From positions 60,390,001 to 60,454,000 of the forward strand of contig NC_087437.1 in assembly GCF_036321535.1 (NCBI RefSeq): a stretch of 64,000 nucleotides of DNA, read 5' to 3'. The notes beneath the pieces are model-generated. The model saw only the letters and a list, made by a program, of their open reading frames with translations, had not been told where the DNA came from and did no database searches. The position numbers and the translations under genes are program-made. Positions 1-13,762 of this stretch are shown here, in pieces. The stretch is from Camelus dromedarius (taxonomy: Eukaryota). Each line of letters opens with the position of its first letter. Within the stretch, counting starts at the first letter, position 1.

Positions 1-750
1 TAGGGAAGACATCTCTTTTCCTTTTCTCTTTGACTTTGTTGTGATTTAATTTTTTAAAACAATCCATCTGCTTTAATTTAAGTAGAGTTACAAGAGAGTA
101 GAGTTAAAGCATGTATTCAGTCTACCAGGTTTAATCTGAAGTCTTGTCAACACTGACTTTTAAAAATTTATTGCCATACTGTATAATTCTCATACATAAA
201 GGTCCACAAATTTTAAATGTATAGCTTGATGAATTACTGCATTGTGAATACATCAGGTCAGGGAGAAAAAAATGGAAGGACTGCTAATGGGTTCTGGAAT
301 TCGATAGTAATGATGGTTGCACAACTCTGTGAATATACTGAAAACAACTGAATTGTTGTATACTTTAAAGTTTGGTGAATTTTATGTTATGTCCATTATA
401 TCTCAATTAAAACAAAGAAATAAACCAATACCCCCAAAATCTCCCATGTACCTTTCCTATTCACTGACTACTCCCTTTTCCTCGAAAGACCATCCTGATT
501 TCTAACACTATCCTTTAGTTTTGCCTCTTTTAAAACTATATATTAAAAGATCCATACAGTATGTACTCTAGCTTCTTACGCCTAGCTTTTTTCTTACATT
601 TATGAATTTCATCCATGATTTGAAGTTTTTTTCAATATTACTGTTGTATAATCCATTATATGATATACCACCACTATATTTATCCATTCTGTTGATGGAT
701 ATTTGGTTTGTTTCCAGTTTTGGGTTAGTGCTGCTTTCAACATTCTTTTA

Positions 751-1332
751 CAGTTATTTCTGCCATAGCATAATGTGTAAATTCTTAAAAATCATGATAC
801 TATGCAGAGTTGTGCAATAAAAACCACAGAGCTTATGTCTTGAGAAAATGGGGCACTCAAAACTTAGAAGTTGGTTAATGCCACGTGTAAAAAAGGTAAG
901 AACCTAATAAAAATGGCAGCACAGTTCCACACATGCTAAATGGCTAGGAAATACATAATATTACAATAAATATGGCATTTTACCTTGAAAAAAATCTTGT
1001 TTGCTATGGGAATGTGTCAGGGTTGCAACTTGTGAGTTATTGTTAAGCACTGGCAGGGAGAGTTATCTGAAATCGGACAAAAGGTTCTTACACCAATTGT
1101 GGATGAATGTGACTCGTAACACTCAAACTAAAGCCTGAAATATCTACCTTTTATATTTTCCTGTGTGGCTCATTTCATCTGGGTTCAATTTTCTGCCATT
1201 ACCTAGTGTTTCTCATGGACAGGATTAAGCATAAGCAAACATGAAATCTGTGCTTTCTTTATATTATTCCCTAATATATCAGTCGCACTGGAACAAATTT
1301 GCATTTTTAGAACAGTATAGCAGAAATGAGTG
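751..1332. mobile_element. TcMar-Tigger-type non-autonomous DNA transposon
   Basis: Degenerate terminal inverted repeats cagttatttctgccatag ... gtatagcagaaatgagtg, preceded by TA. Subfamily uncertain. Confidence 0.65.
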
Positions 1333-1854
1333 TGCATGTTTTTTTGATGCACCTGTGTGCATTTCTTTTGTGTAGATGCTCAGTTGTGAAAATGATATGT
1401 TTAGTTTTAGAACCTAATGGAAACTTTTGTGGAGAGATTATGCCTGTTTTTATAATTACCACCAGTATGTGCAAGTTTCAGTTGTTTTCACATAATTGTC
1501 AATACTTGTCAGTCTTTTTGTTAGTAACAGCCATTCCGGATGGTAGATACGTACTGGTACTTCATATTGTATTTGCACTTTCCCTATCATTAACAAGATT
1601 AACAGTTAACAAACACCTTTTTATATGTTTATTGTTCATTTTGCTATCTTTTGTGAAGTGTCTAAGTTTTTTATATATTTGTTGAGTTATGTCTTCCATC
1701 TTACTGATTCGTACGTCTCTATCTGGATATGATTCCTTTGTCAGATGTATGTGCAATATATATTTTCTCCCACTCTGAAGCATGCTTTTCTTAGTGAAAT
1801 CATTTAATGACCAGATTTCTGAAATTTAATATAGTCGAATTTTGAAAAAAAAAA

Positions 1855-1970
1855 TTGGGGGAGGGGTAATTACGTTTATTTATTTATTTTAATGGAGGTA
1901 CTGGGGATTGAACACAGGAACTTGTGCATGCTCAGCATGCAATCTACCACTGAGCTGTACCCTTGCCCCC
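1855..1970 (-). mobile_element. tRNA-derived SINE (camelid Vic-1-like)
   Basis: Reverse complement reads gggtacagctcagtggtagattgcatgctgagcatgcacaagttcctgtgttcaatccccagtacctcc: A/B boxes plus (taaa)n tail. Confidence 0.85.
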
Positions 1971-2517
1971 AATATTGTTCAGTTTATGATTAGTTCTTTT
2001 TGTGCCTACTGAAATGTTTTCCAAGGTCATAAAGATATTCTATACTATTTGTAAGAAATTTTATTTTGCTTTTCACATTTATGTCTAATTTGTACTGCAG
2101 TTTGCAAAATTTCACATGAATCAACATTCCAGTGTGTCCCCATTTTTGCCTCTCTAGTCTAAACCACCCTCATTTCTTGCCTAGATTTCTTGGCCTATCT
2201 GCATTCACACTTTCACCTTTCAAATTTATAACCACTTTTGCTTACAAGATTATCTTTATAAATGCAAATTATGTCATTACCTTTCATTGGCTTTCCATTC
2301 CTCCCAGAATGAAGTAGGAAATCCCTAATGAGACTCAGAAATCGTAAATTATTTGACCACTGTCTGTTTCCCCACTTATCTTTTAGTACTCTTTCCTTCT
2401 TTGGCCACTGGTTCCTCTTAGCTCAGGGTCCCCACATAATGTTCCTTGTGCATAGAAGATTTTTATTTTGTCTTTTACCAACTCCTGCTCATTTATAGCA
2501 TTCATTTCACATGTCAG

Positions 2518-3270
2518 TTCACTCATTTATTCCACAAATATTGAGCACCTGTTGTATATCATGCATTGACCAAGGGTCTTAAACAAAGCAAAGATGATCC
2601 TTGTCCTCATAGAGCTTACATTTTAGTGGGAAAGCAAGTAATAAACAATAAGTTAATACATAATCTAGTACATTAGAAGGTGATAAGTGATATGGGAGGA
2701 AAAAATCTGCAGCAGATTAAGGGGAGCAGGGATGTGAGATGGGGGTTGTGCTTTGCAGTTTTAAATAGGGTATTTATGAAAGCCCTCATTTTTGTGATAC
2801 TTATTCAAAGAGTTGTAAGTTGATGCAGCTATTTGGAGGAATAATCAGTGCAAAGACTAAGGCAGAAGGAAGGCTGGAATATATGAGAAATAGCAAGATG
2901 GCCAATGTGGTTAGAGCAGAATGAGTAAGGGAAAGACTAGTGTGAGATGAGGTCAGAAGGTAAGATAGGGGCAGATCATGTTAAGCTTTTGTAGAGTTTT
3001 GGAGCAGAGGAGTGACACTATTTAACCTAACCTTTGAAAGGATCATTCAGGCTGTTTTGTTGAAAATGCGCTGTAGTAACAAGGGTGGAAGCAGGAGACC
3101 TGTTAGGCATCAGTTTCAGTAACCCAGTTAAGGATACATACAGGCTTGAACCAATGTGATAATAGAGGTGCTAAGTGGCTGAATTATGAGATGTTTTGAA
3201 TGTAATCTCAAGGGTTTGAGGACAGATTGGAAATGAGTTGTAAGATAAGATAGAATCAGAGATCACTACA
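2518..3270 (-). mobile_element. L2 3' region
   Basis: Starts with the antisense L2 terminus (cattt attccacaaatattgagcacc) followed by a purine-rich L2 body. Confidence 0.75.
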
Positions 3271-3274
3271 AAGT

Positions 3275-3514
3275 CACTTCCTGATAGAAACTTCCTTTAC
3301 CCCTTAGATTGTCAGAGCTCCTATTGTTGCACTTTCTATCTCTGCTCGATGGTATTCATCACTGTTGTAATTAAATGCTCAAATGTACACTATTTTGTGT
3401 GTATTTTGGTCTCTCTACCTGAGTGTAAGTCTCTGAGGTTAGGGACTGTCTTATTTACTGAAATATATTAGTAATTGCACATAGAAGTCACTCAGTAAAT
3501 ATTTTTTGAATGAA
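3275..3514 (+). mobile_element. L2 3' end
   Basis: Ends ctcagtaaatattttttgaatgaa, the L2 terminus. Confidence 0.65.
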
Positions 3515-5600
3515 GTGAGAATTGTGGTTCTTTCCATATTATAATTGAGTGATAGGCTAAAGGTGATTTTATTTTTCTGTAACTTTTTATCATAAAAAGT
3601 TTCCAAGTCCAGTAAAATTGGAAGAATAGACCAACAAACATCAATAGAAAGGCAGCAGTTACTAACATTTTATCATATTTGCCTCATCTCTATACGTGTA
3701 TTTTGGAGAAACTATTTGCAAATCAGTTGCAGATACCATGCACATCATGCACGTAAAAAGGTTAGCTCATATCTCCTATGAGTAAGAATAGTCAAACATT
3801 CTTCTGTGTAACCTTAGAACTATTATCACACCTAAGAATATTAACAATAATTATTAAATTTTCTCTCCAATCCATATTTACCATTATTTCTGATCTATCT
3901 TTTAGGACTTAAAAAAATTAAGAATTCAGTTAAGACTCAGGTACTGCATTTGATTGTTAAGTCTTTATTTTTTATCTGGGTTTCCCTGATAACAGATCAT
4001 GAGGCAGAGGGCTTATGTGCTGTTCCGTATTTTAGGAGTTCATTCACTCCTTGGGAGCACAAGTGAGGGAAAAGGTGAATAAACTGGGAATAAGGAATAA
4101 CTTAATTCAAGGATTCTTCCTGCCACTAAGTGTAACCGATTGTTGGATCCTGGGTATTGCATCCCTGAGAAGCTGTATATACTATATTCAAGGAAGGAAA
4201 GGAAAAGAATTTGTCTACTGGCTTCTAGTGAGCAACAGTTCCCATACATTTCAGGGTTGTGGATTTGTGGGTGCAGGGGATATGGTATTTGGTTTTGAGG
4301 TTTACAGGAAAGCCCAAGTGAGGAGGTGAGAGGATGCAATGTGGACAGGAGGCCAGGGGCACAAGGTGTTGCTAGGGCTCCTCAGGGTGAAAAGCAAATG
4401 TGAAGATCTGGGGGCAAACATTGAAACGAGTCAGGAGGGCACATACTGAATCTGGTAGTGTCTTTACTCTCTCATAATCTAGACAATAGACCTCCCATCT
4501 TTCTTTTCCCCCGTTTAAATAGCTAACTTTTTAAAAAGACCCTCTCAGTTGTTTTATAGACTACCACACATTCTGTGTGTGTTCAGTAGTTTGTTTCTTC
4601 ACGTTGTTGGTCATTCTACTGAGTCCCATATTTCTGATAACAGGAAGTTAGATATAAAGGTTGCTAGACTTATTTTTGATAAGCAGACTTCATAGTGGTA
4701 TATCGTACTTCATATTGCATCACATCAGGAAGCACACAATATCAGGTCGTTGCATTTGTGATGGTAAGTTTGATTACTTAAAGGCGTTGACCTCCAGATC
4801 CTCCATTGTATAGGTATGTTTTTCTCCTTGTAGTTATGAAGTATTTATAGAGATAGTATTTTAGTACCTTGTATTGAGTAAATTTTCACCTGATTCACCC
4901 ATTAATGATCCTTGCCTGAATCACTTATTTCATTAGAGGTTTTAAAACATTGATTTTCTCTTCTAATTTTATCATTCCATTTGTATTTATTAGTTGGTTT
5001 TCTTCTGTAAAAAGTACTTTTCCCCATCAACTAGGGATGAACCTTTGTTTCACCTAAAAAGACATGGTTAAACTTCTATATTTTTTTAAATGACTAGTTT
5101 TTGGAGTAGAGTTTGTGTGATAATTCCCTTCAAAGGTGACTAATAAGTTTTCCCCCTATTTCTTGCTCTTAAAAATAAAAGCTATCACTATGGACTGAAA
5201 GATTTTATGTATTTAGTGTTTACAGTCCATTTCAGTTGTTGTTCTTTGGGTACTCAAATTACTTCAAATTTGGGGGAGCCCTTGAAGAGATCTCTCCATG
5301 TCCTTTGACATGCCCACATTAGTCTTTGAGCACATCCTTGCATTCTGGCACAGTTTTCCCAAGTTCATTTTGAATTTTCACTGCCCGAGGACTAGAATCT
5401 GCCAGGGATAATGGCTTCTGTTTCTCTGTTCCATGCGATTGCCTTTTCTTTGAGGTGTTTTCTTTGAGAAGTGAGACAGTATAGAAGCAAGTGACAGAGT
5501 CTTAACTTTAGCCTGTTGCCTCAGAACTAGTGAAATACAATTTGAGAAACATTACTGGTCTAAAAATATTATGGTAATAATTTTAAAAATCAATACATTA

Positions 5601-5733
5601 GTGGGGAGAGTATAGCTTAGCACACACGAGGTCCTGGGTTCAATTCCCAGTACCTCCTCTAAAAAAAAAAAGTAAATACATAAATAAATAAACCTAATCC
5701 CCCCCCCCAAAAGGAAACTTAAAAAAAAAATTA
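5601..5733 (+). mobile_element. Vic-1-like SINE with internal deletion
   Basis: ggggagagtatagcttagcacacacgaggtcctgggttcaattcccagtacctcc plus A-rich tail; TSD caatacatta at 5591-5600 and 5738-5747. Confidence 0.85.
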
Positions 5734-8700
5734 AAACCAATACATTATGTTCTTTATTCCTTTCTTAAAAAATGTTCATGTGTTCCATAGGAAAGGATTA
5801 TAAAAATAATCTTATTGTTTTCAAATTGCATAGTTTTAAAGGGTACATTCACATATGTTATTATATTTTGAGATGTTATAGGACAGTGGATTCTTGCAAT
5901 GTCTCCTAACATAAATGAGGTAAGCCAGATATTGGTCCTCAGTGCTTGGAGCTGATACTGTAGAATTCAGCAAACTGTAGTTTAGGAATGTTGTGACTGC
6001 CCAAACTTATGTTATTACCATGTAGAGAAACTGAAATTAGAACTCAGAACTTTAGGCTTCAAAGCAGACCTTTTTATCTTACTTTATTTAATAACTTTCT
6101 TGGTAATTGGACTTGTTACCTAAAGAAATGAGAATATCACAATAAAGTTAATAAAATGAGAAGAGAAAAGAACTGTTTTAAAAGAGATAGAAACGTAACA
6201 GTCGAGTTTGTTTAAAAAAAAAAAAGAAAAGAAAACATTTAACCTAAGAACATAAAATCTCTCCCTGCAATAATGGCTGCCAAAAATGTTTTGGTATATA
6301 TATCCCAACTGGAATGTCTGTACATTATCCATCTTGCATGGCCCAGCTCAGAAACCTTCTGTGTGGTTTTCACTCATCTTTTCTCTGAAATGAGTCCCTT
6401 CTGAATGCCTATACCACTTTGCACTTTAATTATGGGACTTAAATTTTACTATTATTCTGGACCCTTTTCCAATCTCTCTCTTTCAAAATATTTATTATTT
6501 TGGAAAAAAGGGTGTATCTACAGAAAAGTTACATGACTAGTAAAATAAACTGCCTTTTTGTCATATTTGCTTGCTCTCTGTACACATACACACTTTTTAT
6601 TTTTGCTGACCCATTTGAGAGCAAATGGCAGATATCATGATCTTTTACCCTTAAGTACTTCAGCATGTATCTCCTATGAACAAGGTTATTCTCCTTAAAA
6701 AAAATTATTTTATTTTATATGAACATTTTAAAAAATATCAAGTATACAGTTATCAGACTGAGGAAATTTAAAATAGATAATGGTGCTATTACCTACACAG
6801 TGCTATTACCAGACCATGTTCAAATTCAGTACTTTCTTATCTTTGGTACCAACTATCTATAATTCTATATCCTTAATGCAGACCTCCACTTCAGTTCTTA
6901 AGAACTTTGGGAGACAGCTGACCAGATTTTATAGTACAGCTTCGTGAATTGTCAGTTTTGAATTCCTGCCTTCAGAATAATTGACCATTCTATGTACTGG
7001 AGGTCAGCTCCTTTTCTTGTTTCATTTATCAATGTCCTTAAGGTTTTTATCCTTCTTCCTGATGCTTTTTTCCCTCTAGCAGAATGTCTCTCTCTCTCTC
7101 AGACAGTACATCCCAGAGACACAGTTTGAACACTCTCTCCACAGCACCAAATTTATAGTGTTGTCTCATTTAATTCCAGTTTTTAAGTTATGTGTTATAA
7201 AGAAAGAAAATGTACAGAATTTGGAATAATGCACAGTCCTTATGCAAAGACCCTGTAATTGAAATTTTTCACCAAGACCAAAACAGACAGGTGTATTAAG
7301 TGAATTATACATTAGATGTCTGTGCAAGTGATTTTGATGACCATTGAGCTGTTATTTTTACATTCACTATTGTGTAATTTTTAAGTTTATATCTATGTTA
7401 GTCTTATCCCAGTGTTTAAATGTTAGTTGCCAGTGCTGGAACTGAAGGACATACCCCTAAATCGGTAACTTTGAAATGGAAATGAAATATAGTGAAATAC
7501 TATGAGAGAAATGAAACAACTGCCATAATGTGCCAAGCTGTTAATCTAGGAGAAAACTTGGCAAAATACTATAGTTACTAAGAAAATAAAGATCTGTGTT
7601 AAAGCCTAAGTATGCCACAGTGGTTGTAGACTTATGTGCTGCAAGAAGGCATCCTCAATCAGTCTTAAGTTAATGAATTTTGATTATAAGATGTTTTCAG
7701 TAACTCATTTAAATAATTTTGATTGTTATATATTCATATCTGCATCTGTTACTGTCTTCAGTATTAGAACACTAATATCTTCTCATGTGCTTTTAAACCC
7801 TCCCCCCTTTGGTTGGATTGCCAAAGGGATACATATTGCAAAAATTCCTAACTTTATATATAGAAATATGTTTTCAATTATGTGAAAGTCACCATCTCAA
7901 ATAAATACTACAGCTCTATTGTGCTTTTGATCTTTTTCTCTTTTGGAACCGCATTCTCTCCACTCCTCATGTTATATCTGTAACTTCATTCTCTTGGGCC
8001 TTTGCTCCCTTCTTTCCTTTATCCATAAAGTATGTTCACAGATTCCATTAAAAAAAAACAGACAGGAAAAAGTTCTTTTCAGTAGGACCCTGTAGCACTC
8101 CTCTTCCTAACTAAACTTCTTGAAAAAAGGAATTTACATTTTTTTATTCTTTTCTTCTCTTTTTTTCTCATTCCCAATATACTGTAACCTCACTTCTGAT
8201 GCTTCTTTTTCACAGTAACTGCTTGCTCTTTCTCAGTTATCTACCTCAAAACAAAACAAAACAATAAAAAACCAACTCTGATTACAGAGATAATTTAGGC
8301 ATATATTACAACATATATACAGAGACATGTACATTGTCAAAAGTCAAGTCTTTTTAAAAATATTCTTTCACTGAGACAACCACTGTTAACCATTTTGGTA
8401 TATATTTATTCAGCTTATCCTACATGTTCATGAATATATTATTTAGCTCATACATGTATATTTAAAATGAGAGCCATATATGTATTATTCTATAACTTTC
8501 TCTCCATGTCTGTACATTTAGATCCACTGCGCTACATTGTATAATGTAGGGCAAATTACTTAATTTCTCTTCTTTTAGTTTCATCATCTATGCAGTGGAG
8601 ATGATAACAAAACTCACCTCTCATGGTGCTTGTAAGTATGAAATGGGAAAAGTTATATAAAACTTAGATCAGACTCTGACACACATATTAATTGCTCAAT

Positions 8701-9605
8701 AAATGGTAAATTTTAAATAAAAATATTTTTGTTAAAATGTTACATACTCAGTAATTTATCAGTGTAGCAAAGGTTAAAGAACATTAATCTCTTTTCAATA
8801 TCATTTTAGCTTTTTACCTTCCCTGATTTGTTTTTGGTGGTGTTTGCTACAGTCTGCTTTCTGCTTTTGAAAATTGTTTGTCATCTTGTCCTGTTGGATT
8901 GTCTTCTTTTTGTGTGAGTGTTAATTAGGAAAAAAAAAGATTTTAGTTATACAGAAATTAAAGACAATATTTTGCATAACTGTGTACCTATTACCTAGCT
9001 TAAGAAAACAAAATGTTGTGGTTGAGAACCCTTTATTTTCCACCCTGATTACACTCTCTGCCTTATCGCCCAGAATTAACCATTTTCCTGAGTTTGCTGC
9101 TTATCATTCCCATATACTTTACATTGTTATAATCTTCTTCATGGGCTGAGGGTTTATTGAGTTTCTTGATCTGTGGGTTTACAGTTTTTGCCAAATTTGG
9201 AAATTTTTTTCTCCATTATTTCTAGGTATTTTTTCTGTTCCCTCTACTTTTCTTTAGGGACTCTAAATACATTTATACTAGATTGATTGAATTTGTCCCA
9301 TAGCTCACTTATGTGATTCATTTTTTTCAGTCTTTTTTCCCCTATATTTTGGACAGTTTCTATTGCTATATTTTCATTTCATTAATCTTCTGAAGTATTG
9401 AATCTATTGTTAATCTCATTCAGTTTTTCTTTTCAGACATTTTAATTTTTTGCTCTAGAAGTTTGGTTTTGTTCCTCTTTTATTTTCTATGTCTCATTAA
9501 CATGTTCTTGCTTTCCTTTGTATTCATGAATATATGGGATAGATTTATAATAATTTTTAAAATGTCCTTGGGTACTAATTCTGTCATCAGTCATTCTGGG
9601 GTCTA

Positions 9606-9925
9606 TTTTTTATTTTTATTGAAGTATAGTTGATTTACAGTATTGTGTTAGTTTCAGGTATACAGCACAGTAATTCAGGTTTTTTCTAGATTATATTTCA
9701 TTATAAGTTATTGTAAGATATTGGGTATAATTTCCTGTGCTATCTTTGTTGCATATCTATTTTATGTGTAATAGTTTATATCTGTTAATCTTGTACCCTT
9801 TGTTGCATATCTATTTTATGTATAATAGTTTATATCTGTTAATCTTGTACCCTAATTTGTCCCTCTCTTTTCCCTCTCCCCTTGGTAACGATAAGTTTGT
9901 TTTCTATGTCTGAGAGTCTGTTTCT
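9606..9925 (-). mobile_element. 5'-truncated lineage-specific L1 3' end
   Basis: tttttattgaagtatagttgatttacagtattgtgtt...; homologous to copies at 23700-24000, 24800-25160 and 45735-45915. Confidence 0.8.
9744..9851. repeat. 54-bp tandem duplication (2 copies)
   Basis: ctttgttgcatatctattttatgt(g/a)taatagtttatatctgttaatcttgtacc at 9744 and 9798, one mismatch. Confidence 0.95.
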
Positions 9926-12649
9926 GGGGATCTGGGGTTTTTTGTTGATTGTTTTTTCTCCTCTTTGAGTTATATTTACCTCTTCTTTACATATCTGGTA
10001 ATTTTTTTTTTTACTGGATTTGGCAGATACTATGAATTTTACCTTTTGGGGGCCTAAATATTTTTGTATTCCTTTAAATATTCTTCAGCTTTGTTTCTAG
10101 ATGCAGTTAAATTACTTGGAAGAAGCTTGATCCTTTGGAAGCTTGCTTTTAAGCTTTTTAAGTGGATGAAGCATCCTTTAATACAGGGTTAATTTTGTCC
10201 CAGAACTCTTCTGGGTACTCCACCCAGTGCCTGTATATTACTAGTTTTTCTATTATTCTTGGCCCTATGTGAACTCTGGGGATTGTTCCACCTGTTTCTT
10301 TCTAGGCTTCTTTCCCCAGCCCCAAGTTTCCTTATATGCATGACTGATCAGAACTAATGAAGACTTGAGAGGAACGCTGTAGATCTGTGGAGCTCTTGCT
10401 ATGCTGCTCTCCTCTCTGGTGCTCTTACCTGTGAATTTTAGATACCTTGGCCTTCTTGAATTCTCAACTCTGTCTCGTTACCTTAGATTGCTGGATTTGT
10501 TTAGTTTCCCCCTCTCTCTGTTCTGCAGCCTGGGACCTTTTTCCAGGCAGTTACCTGGGCATTTATGAGAACACTGTCCAATATCTGAAAATCATTGTTT
10601 TTTATTTGTTCTGTTTTTTTAATTGTTTTAAGGTGGGAGAGTCAGTCTGTACCTATTCTATCATGGTTGGAAACAATTGTCTGTATATAAAAAGCCACGA
10701 TATTCTAAAATACTGTTAATTATCTTATGTGTCTGAATATTAGATGAGGTATGGCCATCCCAAAAGGCGTATATTTGGGACCTCTAAAGTTGCTCATATT
10801 ACAGAGTAATTTGTAAATTATTTTGCATAGCAAGTGACTGTTTGAGAAGAATACATTGGATCGAAATGTCCTTAGTGCCAGTTTGGATGGTTTTATAAAA
10901 GATGCAATGAGTGTCGAATTTAACACAGATTAAATCATCATTCCTGAGTATGACCTTGAAAATTATAAGCATTGGGTATTATATGCAAGGATTTTTTGGA
11001 AAAATTAAAAAGTGTACTAAAGAGTAATATAGTAAGTGATTATATTATTGAGATTAAAAAAAAACAAACAGGAAAAATTGTCTATTATGTGAATAGGTAT
11101 TAGCAGTGTTTTGGGATAAAATGTCAGGTGATAATCTGAATGCATGGATTTAAAAAGTGCAGCATCTAAATAACTTAGATGGAAGTGAAATTGATGTTTG
11201 AGATCAAAATGATGAGTTAATTGAAAAAATGGCTGTAGTTACTATGATGACCCTAATATTTAAGGTGAATGTGAAATTTGACTAAAATTGCTTTCTGAAT
11301 ATGAGTGGGATAAAATAATATTTTAATAATATGTTGTTAAATATTTATATGTTAATTGAGTCCATTTAAAGTAGATATTTGATTATTTTTGAGTTGGCAA
11401 AACTATTTTAAATAGTTTTTTACTGGGAAAATGGGGTAGCCAGTGTTTAGAGTCATTTCAGACTTTTAAAAATTTTGTGATCACCTATAGTTTAGCTATT
11501 AGAAAGGCTATTCATTGATTCAACAAATATTTATTGAGCCCCTCTTGCATTCTGGTCACCATGCCACTTCCCAAGTGCTGGGGATAAGGAAATAAATACA
11601 TGGGACATTCGTTAGTCTTGCCCTATTGGAGTTTAGAATCTAATGAATTTAGAAATTGAAACATATGAATGTTAAAAGTGGAAGGACTCTTAGAAGCCAC
11701 TGGGTTATAAAATTTTGGTCAAGGGGAAATTGGGACCCCCCCCCACTCCCCACCCCTTAGCCCCCGCCAGAAGAGTATGACTACTAAAATATTACACAGT
11801 TTCAACCCTGTTAATGGGCTGAAACGCTATTTCTGACTCTTCGTGTAGTGATTTTCAACTTCAGCTGTTACGAGGTTTGCCAGACTTAAGAATGCCTTCT
11901 CTCTCTGGGGTAGACTGTTTTAGATATAATGAAAGTTACACATAAACACAGAACTCTAAGGGAGAAACCAGCTAAAGAGTTCTGCATACCTCTTTATTTT
12001 CCCATGCAGAATAGAGTGCCTAGTCAGTACTTACCTATTACTTACATTGTTTTCAGTATTCTTCTAAAAATAATAAACTTTGTTTAAGGAGTCATGAGCC
12101 TTGATTGGGTTTCACTCTTTCATGTTGGGAGCAAATGATTGTTGGGGTGGATGGGAAGAAGGAGATGCTCTCAGTCTTAAACCGAGTATGTAATGCCCAG
12201 GCTATCTGTTCTGTGTGGAGGAAAGGATGTGTTGGCCAATGATGACATTTACTTCTGCCCACCCTTCAAATCTTATAGCTACATATGTATATATATAGAT
12301 ACATAGCTGTGACTGGCTTGTGTTGAGCACTTAAAGCATTATTGTTGAGCATTGTTTTAAGTGCTGTGCATTTATTACTTCATTTAATCTTTAACAGTCA
12401 CATTAGACTCTGTTCAAGATAAAATCCTACTGGATCTGTCTTGCATATATCCTATTAGACTTGAAACAAAAGGCTATCACCTGATAACCAATCAATAATA
12501 GTAATAACAATAATGATGATACTTACTATGTGATAGGTACTAAGTGATATACGTGTATTAACTCTTTTGCATCACCCTTTAGAGTGAAGCGTAGTTTAGT
12601 ATGAGAGTTGCTGATGCAGCCCATGATGTTTGAAACATTATGAATAGGA

Positions 12650-13732
12650 GTAGGGTATAAGAAGCAAATGGGAACAGTTCAGTTGTTTGAATTTGAGGCC
12701 ATTTGTAGTATCTGTAGACTATGAGGAAACCTTGTGGACAGAAATTACAGGTAATACTCTCCCATAAGACACATTTTTTACAGAGGAATGTGGCTGTAAG
12801 CTATGAGACTGAAAGCCAGTTGCATCCCTATGCTTTGTCCCCTGTTGGCCTGTCTAGCTTTGTTTCCGATGATTTTGAGGACAGCACGTGAATTCGAAGT
12901 TAGGCTACTTGTGGGTTAAAAACTAGTCTTCTTGAGGAGTTTGAAATGGTACATAGTTACTATCATTTTGTGGTGTTTTTTTTTTTTTTAAGGGATTAGA
13001 TGAAATGGATTTAGTAAAGGCACTAAAGTTATAAGCTAGCTTCATTGGTAAAATGTTACTATTACCATTTTTAATAAAGGGAAAAGAGGTGAGTTTTAAA
13101 GATAATATTTTAAATTGTTGCATTTTGTTCTTTCTCCCCTTCTCAAAAATACCACATGGAATATTCCATTCATTACTGCCTGAGAAAGTCATTACTTTGC
13201 AAGCTGCAGTTGCTGAAATGGTTTAGTGGAAGAAATGTTTGCTTGCCTTTTTTTAAACTGATTTTTTTTCCTTTTGGTAGTTGTTTTTTGAATATTCAAA
13301 CTGTAGCAGGCAAGGAGAAGGAGATTTAAATTAAATCGGGGGAATTTCTTTGTGGAGCATTTCATCAGATGACTCCTTGTCAACCTCGTATCTTGAAAAG
13401 AGGGATTAATGAAATAGCATCTGAAGCAGCAGTGAACTCTTATGGAATAAACCCTGACATCTTCCAAGTGTTTTGTGGGATAATTTCAAGTTCTTCAGAT
13501 ACAGATTACATAAAGAAGATTGTAGGGCACGTGACACTTTCTGGTTTCTGTATTTCAGGTAGTAGGAAAATTGCTACCTCTAAGAATGCATCCTGGCAAG
13601 ATCTTGCCACAGTTATAACTTTTCATCAGTGGTTTTATCTCATAACTTTATTTTTATTTTTTATTCATATAGGCAACTTAAAGTAGTTTGCAATAAACTG
13701 CTTTATGTATTAAATATTGTAATGGTAGAGTA
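12650..13732 (+). promoter_or_regulatory. Putative promoter and 5'UTR of alpha-SAP97
   Basis: Repeat-free sequence directly upstream of the alpha ATG, with CACGTG E-boxes near 12885 and 13528. No CpG island; the TSS cannot be located from sequence. Confidence 0.5.
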
Positions 13733-13762
13733 ATGGATTGCCTGTGCATTGTAACCACAAAG
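13733..13762 (+). CDS. DLG1: Coding part of the alternative first exon of alpha-SAP97 (MDCLCIVTTK, palmitoylation motif C3/C5)
   Basis: ATG GAT TGC CTG TGC ATT GTA ACC ACA AAG|gtaaga. Strong Kozak context (gtaATGg). The phase-0 donor joined to 62193 gives [21 protein letters not shown], the known alpha-type N-terminus of SAP97/PSD-95. Confidence 0.95.

Larger units (their letters stand above)
160..2090 (-). mobile_element. Ancient L1M 3' fragments with nested younger insertions (including a + strand L1MB-like 3' end at about 260-425)
   Basis: Antisense L1 3'UTR-type phrases such as tttatccattctgttgatggatatttggtttgtttccagttttt; sense piece gatggttgcacaactctgtgaatatactgaaaac with A-rich tail. 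Confidence 0.65.
9130..10690 (-). mobile_element. Old L1M 5'/ORF1-region fragment, interrupted by a younger L1 3' end
   Basis: T-rich antisense L1 ORF1-type sequence (ccaaatttggaaatttttt...ccattatttct); no intact ORF. Confidence 0.6.

Noticed and set aside
11736..11768. C-run cluster giving a potential G-quadruplex on the - strand
   Set aside because: Low-complexity tract within a MIR-like remnant; no supporting context.
13192..13686. Overlapping 91-aa and 105-aa ORFs upstream of the alpha exon
   Set aside because: No recognisable protein similarity; more simply promoter/5'UTR sequence.
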